The notes under the pieces were generated by a model. The model did not search any database, was not told where the DNA came from, and saw nothing but the letters and a program-made list of their open reading frames with translations. Shown piece after piece: positions 1 to 11,649 of a stretch of DNA of 59,907 bases. Source of the stretch: Cyanophora paradoxa CCMP329. Taxonomy: Eukaryota > Plantae > Glaucophyta. Every line of letters begins with the position of its first letter. Position 1 is the stretch's first letter. Position numbers and translations under genes: made by a program. The stretch covers positions 1 through 59,907 of the forward strand of contig QPMI01000292.1 in assembly GCA_004431415.1 (NCBI GenBank). The letters are read 5' to 3'.

Positions 1-843
1 CGTGTGATGGTTCGCAAACGCGTGGCCCAGCATCATTCCGTCGTGAGTGTAGACCGGCAGGATTGCGCCCTCCTCTGGCGCGCGGGATCGACGTCGGCGG
101 GGCCGCGAGGGCTCGCTCGAATCGAAATCAAATTCGCGGACCAAAGTGCTCGGGGACCTCGCGGACGGCGCCGCTGAAGACCCAGTGGTGGCCCTGCAGC
201 ACCGCCTTTTCCTTCGCTGGCCCTGCAGAACTGCGTCAGCGATGGCTCCAGCGATGGATTCAGCCCCCCGCATGTAAAAAGGAATCACTCAGAATGAGCC
301 CGGGACAGTCGGGATGGGTCCGCGGGGACAGCCGCTCCCGCTCTTCGTCCCGCCCCCGGCCGCCGCCCCTGCCGCCGCCCCGGCCTCCCCGCTCGCCATC
401 CCGGCCTGTACGCGTGTGCGCGAGTCAGAAACCGAAGGTTTGCTGTTGCGTACGTGCCGCTGCCTGTGCGTCTGATGGGGTGGCTAGCCTTCCTCGGGCA
501 GCGCTCAAGTTTTTGGGGCTTGTAGCTAACGTCTAGAGGGCCCGGGTACTTGCAGGCGGCGGGATCGCGGGGTCGTCACGGGATCGGCGGACCTCGAGGC
601 GGTCCGCGGCGGTCGCGCGTTGGCGCCCCGCCGCGCTCCGATCGTTCCACCCACTGCGCCGCGGTGGGTGCGGCGAACTGCCTCTGCGATAGGGGCGTCA
701 GGGACCGCGAAAAATCGCTCTCAAGGGACGAGGCGCACGCATCCCCGCCCGAGCACTGCTGGAGCGATTTGAACGCTGCCAGCAAAGAACCCGCGCTGGA
801 GCGATACGGAGAGGCCGGCACCGACACTGACAAACGTCGACAT
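1..843 (-). CDS. RlmI-like (PUA-domain) rRNA m5C methyltransferase, probably plastid-targeted; spliced, 3' end runs off the window
   Basis: ATG at 843 gives MSTFVSVGAGLSVSLQRGFF (transit-peptide-like). Joining GT-AG introns gives LILRPAKEKAVLQGHHWVFSGAVREVPEHFEEGAILPVYTHDGMMLGHAFAN, which matches the N-terminal PUA domain (HxWxFSGA) of RlmI/YccW. The catalytic domain is not in the window. Confidence 0.75.
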
Positions 844-1017
844 CTTACGAAGTAGACCCGGCCCGATTCGAGCCCCCGACTTGCTTAGCACAAGGCAAGC
901 CCAAATCGGCCAAGACAAACCGCCAGGCCTTCACTAGGCACGCGCTTGCAGAGGCAGGAGCACTTACAGATCTTCCACGAGGACAGCAGCTGGAGCGTTG
1001 GGTAGCTAAGCGGGACG

Positions 1018-1743
1018 ATGGCGGACGCGTTCATCATCGGCTTGGACGCGCTGACGCTCGTGAAGGAGGAGGTGGCGTCCTGGAAAACTAGCTACATGCA
1101 CAGCGCACGGGCGGAAGTGTCCAGGGCCGGGGACCCGGCAGGCAGCTCGAGGTGCCTTGCCCCCAGCCGGCCGGCTGAGCCGGCTGAGCGGGGCCCCTGT
1201 CCGCGCGCGCAGAATAGTTTCTACCTTCAGCAAGCCTACGCCGCAAGTGCCCATCCCGGAGATCGTCGTGTGCATCCACTGGCTGGTGCAGCCGGCAAGG
1301 GAGAAGAGCCCGCCGGTGCTGCAGTACTACATAGAGAACCAGGATCTCATCCACGCGGTGGGCGGGCTGGTGGCGCGCGGTTCGGAGCGCGTAGCTCACG
1401 GCGCGGCAGGTCGGGGACGGTGTGCTCTTCTCGGAGGCGTGGCTGGACGAGGTGGTGGCGCAGAAGGCCAAGGTGCGGGGCGCCTACCTCGAGTTGATGA
1501 CCAAGCGCGAGAAGAACATCCTCGACGAGGTGCGCCCCTGCCGGGGCGCGCGTGCCGGGCGCCGGAGCTGCCGGCCGCCCCCGACACCGCCGGCAGGTGG
1601 AGGCGACGGCCAAGGCGGCGGCGGCGGCGAGGGGCAACGGGGGCGGCGCGGCGACAGCGAGCGCGACGGCGAGCGGCACCAGCAATGGCGTGCCCGCCCT
1701 TCCCCTCGAAAAAGCGAACGCAGCGGCTGGCAAGGCGGGATGA
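1018..1743 (+). CDS. AKAP14/AKAP28-domain (ciliary) protein, 4 exons
   Basis: GT-AG introns at 1152-1212, 1358-1410 and 1530-1596. Spliced protein contains STFSKPTPQVPIPEIVVCIHW...YYIENQDLIHAVGDGVLFSEAWLDEVVAQK, resembling the AKAP28 family pattern (S.PT...PIP...Y..E...L.H......F.E.WL..I...K). Confidence 0.7.
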
Positions 1744-1989
1744 CAGTCGGAGCAACACACGTAGCGTAAGACCGTCTGATAATTAGGATTCCGAGAGCGA
1801 GAAATGGACAAGATGATTTCAAGTAACAAGAATGCGAGGCCTAGGGCAAGGTAGGGGCCCGGGGTTGGAGGGGGTGGGGGAGGCTGGGGGCAGCCGCTGA
1901 GCGACGAGCAGCTCGATAGAGGGGGAGGGATGGGCGGACTGTTGGGGAGCTGGGCGGTGACTCAGTTAGGGGAGGGGCGTGGCTAGATG

Positions 1990-4080
1990 CTAGCCGTGCT
2001 GGTCGGAGACAGCGACGGCTGCTGTCGTCTGCTTGAAGAAGGGCCCCAGGCGGACGTGCGTGGCCAGCTCCACCGCTCGCTTCGCCCCCAGCAGCTCCTT
2101 CCCGAACGACGCCCGATGCAGCGCCTGTGCCGCCCCGAACTTCCACTCCTTCCCTGCGCGGGGGGTGACGCTGGCGCCGGGCAGGGCGCGCGCGCACGCG
2201 CACGCGCGCGGCGCACCTTCCTTGGTGGTCTCGGTGGAACGGTCAAGGAGCCATTCGAAGAAGGCCGGCTGCGCGAGGAGCGAGGCGGCCGCCCCCTGGT
2301 GCCGTCCCAGCAGCGCCTGCATCAGGTGGAAGCACGCGTTGCGGATCTCGGGGAAGGGCTGCGCCGCGGGCTCGGCGGAGGTGGGGCGAGAAAGAAGGGG
2401 GAGGGGGGGGGGGGGGGGGGGGAGACCTGGCGGAGGTACTTGACGAGGAGGGGGCCGACGTCGGGCCCCAGCGCGGCCGCGAGGCGCGCCGCGTCCGGCG
2501 AGTCGGGGGCGGCCGAGGCGAGCGCGGCGGCGGCGGCGTGGAGCGCGGCGATTCGGACGGCCGGTCTCGAGGAGGCAACGGACTCGGCGAGTGAGCGAAG
2601 GAGGCCCGGCCTCTCCGCCAGCGCCCGCAGGCCGCTCCGGTGCGAGGCCAGGCCGCCGAGGGCGCCCAGGCTGCCCTCCACGGCCGCCTCCTCGCCGTCC
2701 GCGAGGTACCGGGCGAGGGCGTCGAGCAGGGGGTAGCGGAGCAGGGCGGCGACGGCGGGGTCGCCCCCCCGGTCGGCGGCGTCCGAGAGGCAGCGGAGGA
2801 GGGCCCCCAAGTAGAGCCCGTCGCCCCCGCTCGACGCCACCTGCGCGCGCCAGCCGCCCCGTCGGCCGCCGCCGCGGCAGGCGAGGCACGCCAGCCCAGC
2901 GGGGGGGACCTGCTCGGTGCACTTCTTGAGAACGCCGCCCTGCTCCAGGAGCCGCACGCCGTCCGGCTTGGCGCAGAGCTGCGCGGAGCGGCTCGGCTCG
3001 GCTCGCAGCGGCAGGAGGGCGGAGGGGGGCGTGCCTGGGAGACGAGCTGGAGGGCGTTCATTCGGAGAAGCACGTCGTCCGCGTCGAGCTCCTGCACCGC
3101 CGCCCCGGCCCGTCGGCCCCCGCGCCGCGCCCCGCCGCGCTGGCCCCTTCTTCGGCACCGCCGGCGGGGGGGCGGACCGAGGCGAGGGAGCCGAGGGTGC
3201 TGTTCGCGCGGGACCACTCGAAGCCGTCCGGCGAGGTCGCCGCGATGCCCGCGAAGGCCTGCACGAACACTGCTCGCATGCAATTTCGCCGGCGGAATGG
3301 GGCGGGACCGGGGCGCGCCTGCAGGGCCCGCACGCGGGCGGTCTCGCCCTGCTCCAGCAACCCGCGCAGCCGCTCCAGGGCCCCCGAGCCCTCCAGCAGT
3401 GAACGGCCGTCCCCGCTCGACCCGACCTGCCGCGCCGTTCGAGCGCTGCCCTCGGATGCGCTCGCGGGCGGCGGCGGCTCGCCTTGACAAGAAAGCGGTT
3501 CACGGTCTCAGAGACGCCGACGTCCGCATCGGCAAGGCTCGAGACGAGCGGCAACAACAAGTCGTTGGAGCGCTGCCGGCGGCGGCGTGACTCAGCGAGG
3601 ACAGCGCCGGCAAGCGCCGCGCAACGCTCCACACAGCGCGTAGCTTCTCACCAGAAACTCAAGGCCGTCGCTCTGCTGCGCGTCACACGTTTTTACCAAC
3701 TGAGATACGGTGAGCCGCCGAACATCGGCGCGCGGGTGCTGCAGGCCCTGCGCTAGCAGCGGGCGGAGCTGCGTGCCAGTGCGTCATGTTCATGTGCGCA
3801 TGCGCCGCGCGGCGTACGAAGGGCGACGCGAGGCGCCTCCCGGCGTACGCACCTCCGAAGAGACGAGGAGCGCGGACCCGAGCGGCCCGTTCAGCACGCG
3901 CTCGAGTAGCTTGACAACGATGTCGATGTCCGCGAAGTTGCGCAGAGCAAGGAACCCGGTCAGGCGCTGCAGTGGGAACTCCGCAAGAAACTGCTGGGCG
4001 TTCTCGACCGTCAGGGGCGCGGCGAGGAACGTCTGGACCGCCGCGCTGTCGTCGAGGTCCACTTGCGCGCCCTCTGCCAT
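1990..4080 (-). CDS. PSMD5: 26S proteasome assembly chaperone S5b (PSMD5/Hsm3), multi-exon
   Basis: ARM-like exons: GLQHPRADVRRL, DDVLLRMNALQLV, and a C-terminus QPFPEIRNACFHLM...FFEWLLDRSTETTKEGKEWKF...LGPFFKQTTAAVA characteristic of PSMD5. Confidence 0.88.
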
Positions 4081-4193
4081 GATGTCACGGTGGACGAGAC
4101 TTCAGCTGCCTACTCGCAAGGGAAGGAGCTCGCAGAAGACTTCCCGAGGCCTAGTTCTTCGTGTACCCGGCGTCGGCACTTGTTCGTGTACCC

Positions 4194-6156
4194 ATGCTGC
4201 GCCTCGCACGGGCCCTGCCGAAGGCCGCACGGCCCCTGGTGAGCAGTGGGAGCATTCAGAGATCGCGCATCGTCTGTTTGCCGCCGTTGCCTGACCGACT
4301 CGCGCAGGCGCGGTTGCAGGCCGCCCAGCCCCACACACTCGTTCTCCAGCGGCTGGCACACTTCGAATCGGTCGAGCGCCAGGTTGGGCTTCCGCCGCGC
4401 GGCGGCGGCGGCGATCCGCTGAGTCCTCGCACAGATAAGCGTCATCAACGACATCCATGTCTCGGTCGAGCCGATGTGGGAGGAGTATCCGAAGGAGCGT
4501 CCGGGCCTCAACTATGACCTGAACTGGTCGCTCAATGAAATTGATATCACGCCCTCCGGCGATGCGTTCCGCAACGCGACCGATCGGCAGCTCATCCAGC
4601 ACTCCACGGGCAAGATTGGTACGCAGCTTTCATCGCTTTGGTGATGGTTTCGCCCCCGGCGCCCGCCGAGCTCCGTGGCGTGCACTCGCGCAGACGCGAA
4701 CAAGGCACTCCACGTCTCGCCGTCCGGCTCCGCGACCGCTGTGACCTACGTGGTCGAGGGCTCTGCTGCTCCTGCGGGTGCCGTGGCCATCCCCGCGCGG
4801 CAGTTCAAGCGGCTTCTGAAGCTGGCGCGTCCCTTCCCTGCTGATTTGCGCTGCCCCGGCTGACACCGCCGCGCCTCCTCTTCTCCTTGCGTTTTGCAGG
4901 CCCAGAAGTACTTCTCGAACGCTGAGCGCATGTTCGTGACCGATGGCGCCGTCGGCTCGTCCGCCAAGTCGGAAGTCCGCCTCCGCACCATCGTCGACTC
5001 AGCCCCGTCCGGCCTGTTCCTCAAGTGCGCTTCCTTGAACGCAGCGCAGCCGGGGCGCTCGCTCGCCGCCGCTTGGAACGTGTAGGGCATTCGCGCTGAC
5101 GCGCCGCCCACCCGCAGGCACCTCACCATCCGCACTCCTCTCGGCAACCCGTTCCGCTTCGGCGCGAAGCTTACCGTCCTTTCCGCTTCGAATCTTAGCA
5201 TTCCCAACGCTGGTGCGCGCCTCGCTTCCCGCACGGCTTTCTTTTCTTCTGCGCCCGGCCTCTCCGCCGCTCATGGCCGCGACCGCAGAGAACTATGGAC
5301 TGAAGAACGGCTCGGGCTTCGTGCTGTCCAACCCGGAGGAGGGGAAGATCCTCGCGGTCGGCGTGAGCAACGCGCAGCTGCGGGAGGCGATCGCGGCGGC
5401 GGCCGGCGCGCAGGCGGCCAAGGCCGGCGCGCTACCCCTCGTGGCCGACTCGATCGTCACCAAGAAGGGCCAGCTCGCGCTAGTCTTCGGCCCCGGCCTT
5501 TCCGCCCTGCCTCTCGTGCGCCCCGCCCAATTTGCCGCCGCCGCCGCCGCCGCCGCCGAACTCGGTGCCGGCAGCCGCTGCTGTCGCGCGTGTACGGCGC
5601 GCACAACAACCTGTGGACGGCGGAGGGTGTCGCGCGCTGCTGGGCCGGCGCGTCGGTGAGCGGCCCGGTGCCCCTCAAGAAGGGCTACCTGGTAGAGGGC
5701 AGCTCCGTGACGGGCCCCGTGGATGGCGCGCACCCGAACCTGATGCCGCACCCGACGGCCGTCGTGTTCCTCGTCGACGAGGCCGGCCTGCCCCAGATCA
5801 GCAAGGCTCGCCCCGCCCTCCCCCGCCGCTGCGCGCCGCGCCTCGCGCTGGGCCCTGACGCCGGCGCAGCTCTCGGCGGCGCAGGCGAAGGCGCTCTTTG
5901 CGAAGGGCCGCTACACGACCTGCGGCTCGGCCGAGGCCGCCGAGGCCTTCGCCAAGCAGCTCGCCGTGCGCCCCGCCCCGCCAGCCCGCCGCCTCGGGGC
6001 GCTGCGGTGCCTAAGGCGCGCCCTGCGCAGGCGCACGACGTTCCGGCGTACGCCGTGAACGCGAGCGGCGCGGATAGCAAGGCCCTCGAGAAGGCCATCC
6101 AGGAGGCCGCCGCCGCCGGCTCCGCGCCCCCGGCCCCGGAGACCCTCAAGGCCTGA
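4194..6156 (+). CDS. PEP carboxykinase (ATP)-like protein, degenerate active site, probable mitochondrial presequence
   Basis: N-terminus MLRLARALPKAARPL. PEPCK-fold segments MFVTDGAVGSS..SEVRLRTIVDSA, ALPLVADSIV..GQLALVFG, YGAHNNLWTAEGV and PHPTAVVFLV..LPQISKLS. The P-loop GLSGTGKT and the GDDEH motif are missing. Confidence 0.7.
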
Positions 6157-6322
6157 CCGCCCCGCCCGCCCAACCGCGGCCGTAAGTTAGATTGCAGGAC
6201 CCTTTTTGAACAGCTAATTGCACAATACTTTCTGTTCCTTCCGCGCGGCGCGGCGTGGCGGGCGCGCAGAAGCGACGTGCACGCTTTGGGGCCTTCACGC
6301 AGATGCAGGGCTGGCAGGCGGG

Positions 6323-9300
6323 CTAGGGCCCAGGGGGCGGGGGGAGGCACGGGTCGTCGGGGTGCTCGACGAAGGCGAGGGTGGCCCCCCGCGGGGGGAA
6401 GTCCGCCGGCGTCCGCGCGTCCGGGCAGGGGAGGATGCGCAGCGGGGCGAGGAAGGGGTGCTCGAGGAGGGCGCGCGGCGGGGGCGGCTCCTTGCGCGCC
6501 GCCTCCTTGGCGGGGTCGAGCTCTCCCGGGCCCCACTCGTCGAGCTCCTCCAGCGTGAGCTGCGCGGCCGCCACTGCGTCAGCGGCTGCCCGGCCCCAGG
6601 GGAGGGGCGGGTGCGGGCACCTCGGGCCCGACCATGGCGCCCAGCAGGTCGCGCAGCTGCGCCGGCACCGGCCCGTTCTGGCCCTCCAGCGCCGAGAGGA
6701 GCAGGTAAAGGCTCGCGCCGAACCGCCGCACGTCCTGCCCCGTCCCCAGAGGCAGCGGCGCCCCCGAGGCTGCCCGCGGGTGCTGGTGCCCAGTCGCCTG
6801 CGGGGGGAGGGGTGGGTGCGGGGCGGGGCGGGGCGGGGGCGGGGGCGGGGGCGCACGGGGGACGGGGAGAGGCGGCCCTCGACGTCCACGGTGCGGGAGC
6901 GCGACGCCGGCGAGGCGGCGATCTGCGCCGGCGTCAGGAGGCCCCGCCTTGGCCGCGAGGCGCCGGCGCTCTGCGCGCCTTCACGAGCGGCGCCGCGTCG
7001 AGGTCGACGAAGAGGGCGCAGGGGGCGGCCAGCGGGCTCGGCGGCGCGTGCGGCGGCGGCGCCGGGAGCAGCGGCTCGGGCGGGGGCGGCGGGGCGGCCC
7101 ACTTGGGGAGGCCCGCGGGCCACCGCCAAGGGCGAGGGAGCGGAGCGAGCGCGCAGACGAGGCCGAGGAGCCGCCGGCGGGGCGGAGCGAGGGCGCCGCC
7201 GCGGGCTCCCGCGCCGCGGGGTACGCCGAGGCGACGGAGGGCGGGCCGCGGTTGCGGGGGCCCAGGGGCGCGGGGTCCATTGAGACCATCGGCTGCGGGC
7301 GGCTTAGCGGCGCGGGGCAGGTTTGGGGAGGGGCGGAGTGGGGAGCGGGGGCTGGCGCACCTGGGGGCCCTTGGAGGACGGGGAAGCGGCGGCGGCGGCG
7401 AGGAGGCGACGGGAGAGGGCGGCGGGGTCGGCGGGCCGCTGCAGCGAGCGGGAGGAGGGTCCGGCGCGGGGCGGGCTGGCGCGGGGCGAGGGTGGCAGCG
7501 AGGGCGCGGTGAGGGGTACGCTGATGTCGAGGTCGGCACGGGGTCGCCAGGAGGGGAGGACGGGGGAGGGGAGGGCGTCGGAGCGGGGCGGGTGCGGCGC
7601 GTGGGGGCCGGGGAGGGCGGCTCATCGTCCCAGCGCCCCTCCCCGTCGTCCTCCTTCGCGGGGCTCCCCTTGCCCTGCGAAGAGCCCCCGGCTGCCGCCC
7701 CGTCAGGGCCGGCGACACGAGCTGCCGAGGGCGATCCGCACCCGACGGGCGCTGCTCCCGCCGCCTGCGCGGAGCAGCGGGGGCAGCAGCGGGGGCGGCG
7801 AGGGGGCGCGGGGCGGGTCCGCGGGCGGTGGGCGGGGAGCTCTGCGGGGCGCTGGGGCCGCCACTGGCGGGGGGCACGGAGGAGAGGTCGTCGGGGAAGC
7901 CGGCGGGGGCGCCGGCGACCCAGGCGGAGACGCGGGGCGGCACGGGCCGGTACTGCAGCGAGGAGGCCAGCGAGGCGTCCGCCTCCGCCTCCTCGTCCTC
8001 GGAGGAGGAGGAGGAGGGCGAGGGGGAGGCGCCTGAGGAGGAGGAGGGGGAGCGGGCGCCGGGCCGCCGCGAGTGCATCGTGGCGATCGCGTCGGCGGGG
8101 GATCCCGGCCCCGCGCCGAAGAGCGTCGCGCACGTCCCCTCCCCGCCCCCCCGCCCGCGCGCCGAGAAGAGCACCCGCTCCACGCTCGGCGCGTGGCCAG
8201 TCAACAGCGTCCCCGAAATCGCCCTGCCGGCCTCGCAATCGGCTCGGGGCAAGCAGGCAGAGAGGGGCGGGGAGGCTCACGCGAAGGGGCCGCGGAGGGG
8301 CGGGGCGCCGGGCGGGGGCGGGCCCTCGCCCCGCTCGGCGGCCGAGGCGAAGCGGTAGAGGAGGAAGCGCTTCGCGGGGCCGAGGCCGGGCCCCGAGGCA
8401 CGGGCGACCGCCTCGCGCGCCCCCTCACGCTCCCGCATGCCCCACGGGAGCGGGTGCGGCCGCAGCAGCGCCCGCCGCGCGAGGGCGGCGCGGAGAGCCG
8501 GCGAGAGGACGAGGAGGAGGGAGGCCGGGTGAGCGAGCCGTGGAAGTAGCCGAGCGGCGCCCGCACATGGGGCGAGCCGGCGACGGGCAGGCGCGCCGCC
8601 TGCGCGGCGTGGAGCGCCGCCAGGACCTGCCGCGCGGGAAGGGGCGGGGTGAGGGGCGGCGGGGAGCTGGCGGGGGCGCGGGGATGGCTCGCCTGGGCGA
8701 CGAGGCCGCGGAGGAGGGCCTCGTACGCCTCCGGCTGCCCCTCGAAGCTGCACCACTGCGCGCGAGGCGAGGCGGTCACGGGCGGGGCGGGGCGGGGGCG
8801 GGGCCGGGCGCGGGGCGGGGCGCCTGGAGGAAGGTCTGGAGGTCGAGGTCGGTGGCCTCCTGGACGACCGCCACGGTCACCGGCCCCGCCCCCTCCTTCC
8901 CGTTCTCGTCCCCCGCCCCGACCACTCCGCCGCGCCCGCCGGAGAGCAGGAAGTAGTCGTACACGCGCACGAAGTTCGGGCTCGACGATTTCGCCCTGGC
9001 GCACGGCTCGAGGGGGCAGGGCGGGGCCGGGGGGGGCCGGAGAGGGCACCCGCGGAGGGTGCGGTCGGCGGCGGAGGCGACGCGGGCGAAGGCGGAGGCG
9101 GCGGCCGGGGAGGAACCTGCGCGGAAGCGGGCGGCCACGAGGTCGCACGGCCGGTTCCGCCACCGCCGGATGCGCCCGTCCGCCCCGGGCCGCTCCCCCG
9201 CCACCAGCCGCGCGTACCCCGCGATGTCGTACCTGAGCCCCCCGCGGCTCGGCCCCGGCGAGCGTGGCGGGTTCGGGGGGCGCACGCGGGGAGGGGCCCC

Positions 9301-9901
9301 CCGGCCTCGCGCGCGGGGGCGAGGGAGGCATCCGCGAAGGAGACCTGGCGGTCGAGGAGCCGCCGCTCGATCTTGCGCGCCGCCCAGTCGCACAGGATCC
9401 GCCTCACGCGGTGCTCTCCGCTCGGGAAGATCTGCGCTGTTCTTTCGCACGGCTGAGAGCGCGGCTGCGCGCCGCAGGGGGACCTGCGGGTCGAATGCGA
9501 AGTACACATTGTCTTCAGCGTCCACGTCGAGGACGAAGCCGCGCGAGAGGGCCGTCTGCGTGCTGCGTTACAACACGAAGATGGCGCTGAATGCGCGAGA
9601 GGGCCGACTGCGCCGGCCGACTGCTCGAGAGGACCGGCTAGAAAGTTCAAACGATGACGCTTGACTATTGCGCACCCGCGAGGATCGAAACCGCGTGCGG
9701 TAGTCGACGAGGGAGCCGTCATCGGATTTCCAATCGATCGAGCGATACACCCAGACATTGAGCTGCACCAACCGACCGCGGTGCGCAATGAGCGATCCGC
9801 ACGCGGAGGGTGCGGGGGTCGTAGCACACCGAACGCCTCAGCACAGGCAGGTAGATGTAAGTTGAGAGCGTGCATGCGTCGCGCTCCGCTTTGCTCAGCA
9901 T
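6323..9901 (-). CDS. Protein-kinase-fold protein, probable pseudokinase, with a long low-complexity insert; start uncertain
   Basis: Subdomain-like motifs occur in order across exons: SPNFVRVYDYF, VVQEATDLDLQTFL, QVLAALHAAQ...GYFHGSL, PLVKIAASPASR, QDVRRFGASLY, LRDLLGAMV, RALLEHPFL. Confidence 0.6.
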
Positions 9902-10133
9902 TTGGGAGGCAGCCCGCGAGCGCTAAGCTAGCGCCTGAGCTAGCGCCAACAACTGCGACAGAGCGGCGCCGTCTAGGTACCCCGCCCGGGGCGCGATTCC
10001 AGGGCGCGAACTTTGCTTGTCGGCCGAAATACGCTACCCTCCTCAGAACGGCAGTCGTCGGCAGACTTCGTCGGCAGTCACACCGGGCAGGCACTGCAGC
10101 TCCCAGACCAACTGCTAGCCCCAGATCAACGAA

Positions 10134-11551
10134 ATGATGCAGCTCCCGGATCAACTCATCAGCACGGGTCTCCTGCCACGACTCGACGTACTCTCTCTAC
10201 TGGCGCTCTCGCAGGTGCGCGGACAACGTAGGGCGGGTCGCCGTGCAAAGCAGCAGATGCCGTAAAATTGCGCCTGCGCGACGGACGCATGTGTTCCATG
10301 TAATTTTCGTTTTGGGGCACCTGTGTGCGACGGACGTAGGCACCCCCTGCGGCGCCGCGGACGTCATTTCGGAGCGGATTTCTCTCTTTCTAACGCATGC
10401 AAACCCCCTTGACCTCTTTGCGCCCTGCGCGCAGAGTTGCCGGCGCCTGCGCCGTATAGTAGATTGCGAAACAGATATGTGGGAAGCGCACTGTAAGGAG
10501 GGCATTCCAATGCTCAAGCTCCACCTCAGCTCCACGCCGAGGGCTTCCCAGAAAGACGGTGCAGCGCTCGTTTTTGACTCCAACCTGCGATTACCTCTTC
10601 TCAACGCACGGCAGTCTTCAAGTTCGTCGCCTGCAGGTGTCCGATCTGTGGACGCCCCGTTCGCTAGGCGAGGCACGCGCTAAGCGTTCTGCAGGACGGA
10701 GTTCCTCGAGCGGAGGCTGCGAGGGTCCTCGAGCGACCCCCTCGTCCAGGTCGCGCACGCAGCGCGGGCGGTGGAGGGCGTCGCGCAGGGCCTCCTGGAT
10801 CAAATCTCGGAGATCGTCGCGAAGGAGGCCGAGGCGGCGCGCCTCGCCGCCGCCGCCCGGCCGCCTTCGCCGGCCTCGTGCCTGGACGGCTCGTACGGCT
10901 GGTGCGGCGGCGGGTGCTTCGGGCTGGGGCGGGAGGCGTACGAGAGCCCGCGGGCCTCGGCGCGCTGCGCAGAGGCGCTCGCGCAGCGCCTCTCGGACGG
11001 CATCAGCAGTCTGAACAGCCTCGCCGTGCGCATGCGCCCCCGCCGCTTCCGACTCCGCGGAGCGCCCCACCCCCGTGGCAGATGTCGTTCCGCGCGCTCT
11101 GGTGCGCGCCGGCCCGCGCCGGATGCGTCGCCGGGCGGCCGGCCTCGGGCCACGCCGCCTACGCCCTCGAGGAGTTCCTCGTGCGCGCCGACTCTGCGTG
11201 CCGTTGGCATGCTTTTGGAGAGGGCCCGACGGCGGGGCGGGGGGTGCGGCGGGGCCGGCGCAGAGCTTCTTCGTGATGGCGGCGGAGCTCTTCCTGCGGG
11301 CGCTCGTCCCCTGGGAGGCCGTCTGCGCCGGCCGCGCCTCCAAGGTGCCGCCACTCCCCAGCCGCCCCTGCCCCTCGCCCACGCGCACCGTGCCGCCGCA
11401 GGGCGAGGGGGCCGGCGGGGCGGGGCTGCGGCGCGGCACCGCCGTCGGCCTGCTCCGCCGGGCGCAGGCCTGCTGCGAGACCGTGCATTTCATCTCCAGC
11501 ACCCCGCCGGCCCCGCCCCGCCTCCGCCTCCCCGCCACCAGCCAGCACTGA
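10134..11551 (+). CDS. Hypothetical protein with an F-box-like motif; 5' structure uncertain
   Basis: DVISERISLFL...PLDLF..CAQSCRRLRRIVDCETDMWEAHC resembles an F-box. Downstream exons are bounded by the local intron consensus. Stop at 11551. Confidence 0.4.
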
Positions 11552-11649
11552 CGCCTCGGCCCCGCTCTTGTTTTCACACCTCCTCTCTTTAAAGAAAATC
11601 TCAGCTCGCGCTTGTAACTACAACTACCTATAGCTACTATACACAGCAT

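Noticed and set aside
8190-8230. GDFG as the kinase DFG motif
   Set aside because: Intron phase places the exon in the AISGTLL frame, so GDFG appears to be out of frame.
6218-8956. 912-aa plus-strand ORF and many similar Arg/Gly/Pro/Ala-rich long ORFs
   Set aside because: These are stop-poor by-products of very high GC. They overlap spliced genes on the opposite strand or in other frames and show no domain motifs.
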